Shown here: one piece after another, positions 57,913 through 64,000 of the stretch
Position numbering within the stretch: the stretch's first letter is position 1
Layout: every line of letters begins with the position of its first letter
Source of the DNA: an uncultured Acidobacteriaceae bacterium
GTDB lineage: Bacteria > Acidobacteriota > Terriglobia > Terriglobales > Acidobacteriaceae
Assembly (NCBI GenBank): GCA_963706645.1
Contig: CAVPNR010000018.1
Span: 151,818-215,817, forward strand
Length of the DNA stretch: 64,000 bases
Direction: 5' to 3'
Notes under the pieces: model-generated
Seen by the model: the letters and a program-made list of their open reading frames with translations, nothing else
Told to the model about the DNA's origin: nothing
The model's database searches: none
Position numbers and translations under genes: made by a program

Positions 57913-57940
57913 ACGTTGATTGTACGCGGATCGGCGATCG

Positions 57941-58300
57941 CTAGACTCGCTCCAGTTCTTTCACCGTGCGCTCGTTGACGATGTTGCCGGTATTCAGGGT
58001 GGAGGCGGGCTCGAATAGCAGGAACCAGCATTCTTCATCAGCAACGGGCTTATGTTCGACTCCGCGGGGGACGACGATGAACTCGCCTTCTTCGATCCAT
58101 TCGTGGTGGTCGAGGAATTCCATGCGGAAGCGCCCTTTGACCACCAGGAACAGCTCATCTTCATGGTCGTGGTGGTGGAAGATGAACTGGCCTTTGATCT
58201 TGTCGAGCTTCACGTGTTGGCCGTTGAGTTCGGCGGCGATGTAGGGCTTCCAGTATTCGGAGACCTTGGAAAATTTCTCGGCGATGTTGATTTTGGGCAT
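57941..58300 (-). CDS. Cupin domain protein
   Basis: 119 aa. 'HHHDHEDELFLVVKG...GEFIVVPRGVEH' matches cupin motifs 1 and 2. Confidence 0.8.
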   Translation of the reverse strand: MPKINIAEKFSKVSEYWKPYIAAELNGQHVKLDKIKGQFIFHHHDHEDELFLVVKGRFRMEFLDHHEWIEEGEFIVVPRGVEHKPVADEECWFLLFEPASTLNTGNIVNERTVKELERV

Positions 58301-58465
58301 GAAGACCTCCTGAAGTGGAAATTACCCTTAGCGCGACCATTGGTTCGATGGATCGGGAACAGAAATGGTCGCTGAAAATTGCCAAGAAACACGGCAGTGG
58401 GCAGGCGGGGGCGTCCGCCTCGCATAAACAAAAAGCCAGCTTTGGGCTGGCTGCTTGGAAATCTT

Positions 58466-58510
58466 CCGAGCTGCGCTCGGAGGACAGCCGAGGGCGGCTG
58501 TCCCCACATG
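58466..58510 (-). repeat. REP-like element, family A (reverse orientation)
   Basis: ccgagctgcgctcggaggacagccgagggcggctgtccccacat. The similarity extends upstream to about 58430. Confidence 0.8.
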
Positions 58511-58517
58511 AGCACAA

Positions 58518-59498
58518 TTAGAAGCCAGCAGTCGAAGCGGCCGCATGGCTGTTGTGGAGCGTCACGCGCACGCCGCGCTGGGCGTTGAGCTGCGTGGTGG
58601 TGGTCCAGTCGACATCGTCGGTACTGATGACACCGGTGCCGCCACCCACCAGGGAGTAGGTGATTCGGCTGTCGGTATATCCGTACCCGCTGACCGAGAG
58701 AATGGTGCCATTGGTCAGGACGAAGACAGGCATACCCGGAGCAGCGTTCACCGGAGCCGGCGTTATGGTTCGCGTTACGAGACTTGCGTAGGAGGCCTGG
58801 GGGACCGCCTGGCTGGTTCCGTTCGCGAGCGAAGCATCCCGCAGCATGAGTTGCGGTTTGCTGTCGTCATAAATCGAGGGTTGGTAGGACTGGCTCTGGG
58901 GGCGTCCAAAGAAATGCCAGCTCGGGCCGTAGGTCTGCGCCACCTGCGGGATCTGAACATCATCCATCAAGCGCATGCTGAGGACGGTTTCGCCCTTCAG
59001 CGTAGGACGCGGGCCGCGCGCAGGCAGCATGATCACCTTCCAGGGCCATAGCGGAGGGATCATCCATTCGACAACGTCGCGAACGGGATGTCCTTTGCCG
59101 TCGATCTTCCCCTGCTTGTCGACTTTGTAGCCGCGTGTCGCGATGACTTTGGCCTCGAGAGGCAGGTCGCCGCTGGGAACGCCGATGCGATCGAATTGGA
59201 GCTTGAGATATCCCTTGCCCCAGAAATGGCCGGGATCCTTGGCTGCCTCGAGATGGCCGACAAGATAGCTGCCGCGCGGAAAAGCCTGCTGCCCGAACTC
59301 GGTGATTCCGTGCAGGTGGCACAGAACGGGGTCCCCGACATCGACAGTGGCCGAGGAAAAGTTAGGTTCGTTGAGGGTACATTGCAAAAGGGTACCGGCG
59401 GGCAGGACGACATCCCGTGCGCTGGCGCCCAGGCTCAAAGAAAAGACGGCGAGGCCTAGCACGCTTACAGCTAGGGCCGCATGCAGAGTGGACTTCAT
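58518..59498 (-). CDS. Hypothetical secreted protein
   Basis: 326 aa with a signal peptide. 'VLPAGTLLQCTLNEPNFSS...FPRGSYLVGHL' is faintly TrbI/VirB10-like, which is not enough to make a call. Confidence 0.5.
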   Translation of the reverse strand: MKSTLHAALAVSVLGLAVFSLSLGASARDVVLPAGTLLQCTLNEPNFSSATVDVGDPVLCHLHGITEFGQQAFPRGSYLVGHLEAAKDPGHFWGKGYLKLQFDRIGVPSGDLPLEAKVIATRGYKVDKQGKIDGKGHPVRDVVEWMIPPLWPWKVIMLPARGPRPTLKGETVLSMRLMDDVQIPQVAQTYGPSWHFFGRPQSQSYQPSIYDDSKPQLMLRDASLANGTSQAVPQASYASLVTRTITPAPVNAAPGMPVFVLTNGTILSVSGYGYTDSRITYSLVGGGTGVISTDDVDWTTTTQLNAQRGVRVTLHNSHAAASTAGF

Positions 59499-59660
59499 AC
59501 ATCACCTCGGTCGCACGCCCCAATCGTGGCGGGCTGTGGCGCTGGCCCGCAAAGGATTCGGGCATCTAATCACAGGTTGAACACGGGGTCAATCGGGAAG
59601 TTTCTTTCGGGCTTAGCAAAGAATAAGCCGCCAGCTTTGGGGCTGACGGCTCAAAACCTG

Positions 59661-59704
59661 CCGAGCTGCGCTCGGCGGACAGCCGAGGGCGGCTGTCCCC
59701 ACAT
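59661..59704 (-). repeat. REP-like element, family A (reverse orientation)
   Basis: ccgagctgcgctcggcggacagccgagggcggctgtccccacat. The similarity extends upstream to about 59625. Confidence 0.8.
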
Positions 59705-59722
59705 AAACCCTCCCACAAACTT

Positions 59723-62167
<2,445 letters not shown>

Positions 62168-62468
62168 AATGCCCCTTCCCCCTGACCTTTCCTGATCGAG
62201 AAGAACTTTGCCCGCCCGACCTACCGAACCCGATCCTCAAATCCGACTCACCTTATTCTATCCCTACATTATGCAATCAAAGGGCCTCAAATCCAAAGCA
62301 CTGAAACGATTTTACAAACCTTTGATCACGTTACCGAAGGAACGGTTGTCAAGCCCTTCGGGGCGGAACCTCTTGCGTCAATTTCTTGCGCATTGTCTTA
62401 CTAATCTTTCGCCTCGGGGGCTAAAGCCCGCAACATCCCGGACCGCTTGACGCGGCCCTGAAGGGCCC

Positions 62469-62570
62469 CTCTTCCACCCTCGCTCCCGCCGCTCTTCCAC
62501 CCTCGCTCACGCCACTCTTCTACCCTCGCTCACGGCGCTTCCCACGCTCTCACCGCTCTTCCTCGCTCAG
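62469..62570. repeat. Tandem repeat, about 4.5 copies of a 23-nt unit (ctcttccaccctcgctcacgcc[ga])
   Basis: Read directly. The copies decay toward the lolD stop codon, which the last copy overlaps. Confidence 0.85.
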
Positions 62571-63301
62571 GCCGGGAGCGACTCCGGGGCAATCTCTTCG
62601 ACGTGGCCTTTCTGCAACCTTAATACACGATGGCAGCGGCGCGCGAACGATAAGTTATGCGTAGCAATGAGGGAGGTGAGTTGGTGCTCGCGGTGCAACC
62701 GCGCAATCAAATCGAAAACCGCTTCCGCTGTCCGGCCGTCGAGATCTCCTGTTGGCTCATCCGCCAGCAGCAACTTGGGGCCGGTAATCAAAGCGCGAGC
62801 CAGAGCCACCCGCTGCTGCTCTCCGCCCGAAAGCTCCCCGGAGCGATGATGCGCGCGCTGCTCCAGTCCGACCTCACGCAGCCAGCGTGAAGCTTCGGGC
62901 TCGACCTGTTGCCAGGTGTGGCCGCGAAGCAGCAAGGGCATGGCAACGTTCTCTGCCGCCGTGAATTCCGGCAGCAGGTAATGAAACTGCCAGACGAAGC
63001 CCGTCTCTCGATTACGAAAGTCGGCGGCCGCGTCGTGCGATAGAGAATTCAATCGCAAGTTGGCGCAGTATACGTCACCGGCAGAAGCACGATCAAGAGC
63101 GCTCAGGATGTGCAACAAGGTACTCTTCCCTGCTCCGGATTCTCCCACAATGGCGAGCATTTCTCCTTGCTTTACATCAAACGACAGATTTTCAAAGAGC
63201 ACTAGATCCGACTCGCCGGATCGGAAAACCTTCTTCAAGCCTTCCACTCGAAGCATCGACTCTTGTTCGGTTAGATGCACGCTGTGTCTCTTTCGTTCCA
63301 A
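62567..63301 (-). CDS. lolD: Lipoprotein-releasing ABC transporter ATP-binding protein LolD
   Basis: Walker A 'GESGAGKST', signature 'LSGGEQQRVALARAL' and Walker B 'LLLADEPTGDLD'. The start may instead be the internal ATG at 63256 (MLRVEGL...). Confidence 0.85.
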   Translation of the reverse strand: MERKRHSVHLTEQESMLRVEGLKKVFRSGESDLVLFENLSFDVKQGEMLAIVGESGAGKSTLLHILSALDRASAGDVYCANLRLNSLSHDAAADFRNRETGFVWQFHYLLPEFTAAENVAMPLLLRGHTWQQVEPEASRWLREVGLEQRAHHRSGELSGGEQQRVALARALITGPKLLLADEPTGDLDGRTAEAVFDLIARLHREHQLTSLIATHNLSFARRCHRVLRLQKGHVEEIAPESLPA

Positions 63302-63725
63302 GGGCTAAAGTGCGGAAGAACGGAAACTACTGTTGGGCCCGTATTTGCCGCCGCTTAGATTAGTGCCTTACTGCGATCAAATCGTTTCTCGGTGGCGAAT
63401 TCCAAAATCGGTGATTCCAAAGACTGTACGCCCGGGCAAATCGCCCTGTGATTGGGCTTCAGGCGCACACTGCGGCCTCCGGAGCTACACTCCGCGGCCT
63501 CCGTTGCTTGCAGCGTGGATCGGGACCACAGAGGCTAAAGCCTTTCTGATTCCACATGCCTTACGCGGCCCTGGAAGGGCCGCTTTTCCACAGCTGTGCA
63601 AGGGTTTCGGTCGTGCAGCAAGGATTTTGCCTGTGAACGGATTTGTAATTCTTCTGCGAACTCTGAGGCGACTCGTAACTCCTGCCGGGTCTTTGGAAAC
63701 TCGCGACTCCGCGGCCGGGAAGCTC

Positions 63726-64000
63726 TTACTCATAACGCAACGCCTCTGCCGGAAGAATGCGCGAGGCTGACCACGACGGATACAGCGTCGCTACAAAGGA
63801 GATCAGCACCGCGAACAGCGCGACCCATACGCCGTCAATCACTCGGGGAGCGAATGGCACATAGTCGATGGAATAGACCTCGGGAGAGAGCGTCAGGACG
63901 TGGTAGTGGCCTCCGGCGTAGGAAATGGCATAGCCGAGGACCAAGCCGATCGCGGTGCCGATCACGCCGATAAGCACGCCTTGAGCGATAAAGAGGTTGC
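63726..64000 (-). CDS. LolC/LolE-type (FtsX-like) permease, C-terminal part (gene continues beyond window end)
   Basis: The frame stays open to the window edge: ...NLFIAQGVLIGVIGTAIGLVLGYAIS...LYPSWSASRILPAEALRYE*. This is a typical FtsX-family C-terminus. Confidence 0.8.
   Translation of the reverse strand, partial: NLFIAQGVLIGVIGTAIGLVLGYAISYAGGHYHVLTLSPEVYSIDYVPFAPRVIDGVWVALFAVLISFVATLYPSWSASRILPAEALRYE

Noticed and set aside
62168-62566. Heat-shock operator (CIRCE/CtsR-type) or clear sigma70 promoter upstream of clpC
   Set aside because: There is no TTAGCACTC-N9-GAGTGCTAA or CtsR direct repeat. A TTGACA hexamer is present on the minus strand but has no acceptable -10 at 16-18 nt.

Overview
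High-GC (about 60% by eye) bacterial chromosomal segment. The gene content (carboxypeptidase-regulatory/TonB-type outer-membrane proteins, many small secreted hypotheticals) and a very dense load of palindromic intergenic repeats look Acidobacteriota/Terriglobia-like; this is inference, not a database result. Most of the window is housekeeping or envelope/stress genes. These include a czcCBA-type RND efflux operon, a patatin-Omp85 phospholipase, Crp/Fnr, Rrf2, MarR and LysR regulators, and a GT4 glycosyltransferase coupled to a PHP-like gene. There is an RNA-chaperone cluster (DEAD-box helicase, RRM protein, CspA, tRNA-Leu), plus OsmC, Fe/Mn SOD, class II ribonucleotide reductase nrdJ, purB, pal with a TPR gene bracketed by two ClC/CBS channels, two very large TonB-type barrels, clpC and lolD/lolE. 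The clearly accessory part is the nrdJ-purB gap (about 36.9-41.1 kb). There, the last 110 bp of nrdJ are duplicated around a 552-bp insert carrying two small co-oriented ORFs. These are followed by an A/T-richer orphan SIR2-like protein ending in a SEC-C zinc motif (my best candidate for an undescribed defence-type system) and a twice-frameshifted PD-(D/E)XK endonuclease gene. Other points of interest: an 83-nt tRNA-like element with AlaRS identity features but no anticodon loop after czcA; copies of the genome's repeat families embedded in-frame inside nrdJ and a neighbouring ORF; several short-unit tandem repeats, one abutting a ribosome-binding site; and two sub-60-aa ORFs missed by the ORF track, one a YHS-domain protein. 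All family assignments come from reading motifs in the translations. No searches were run.
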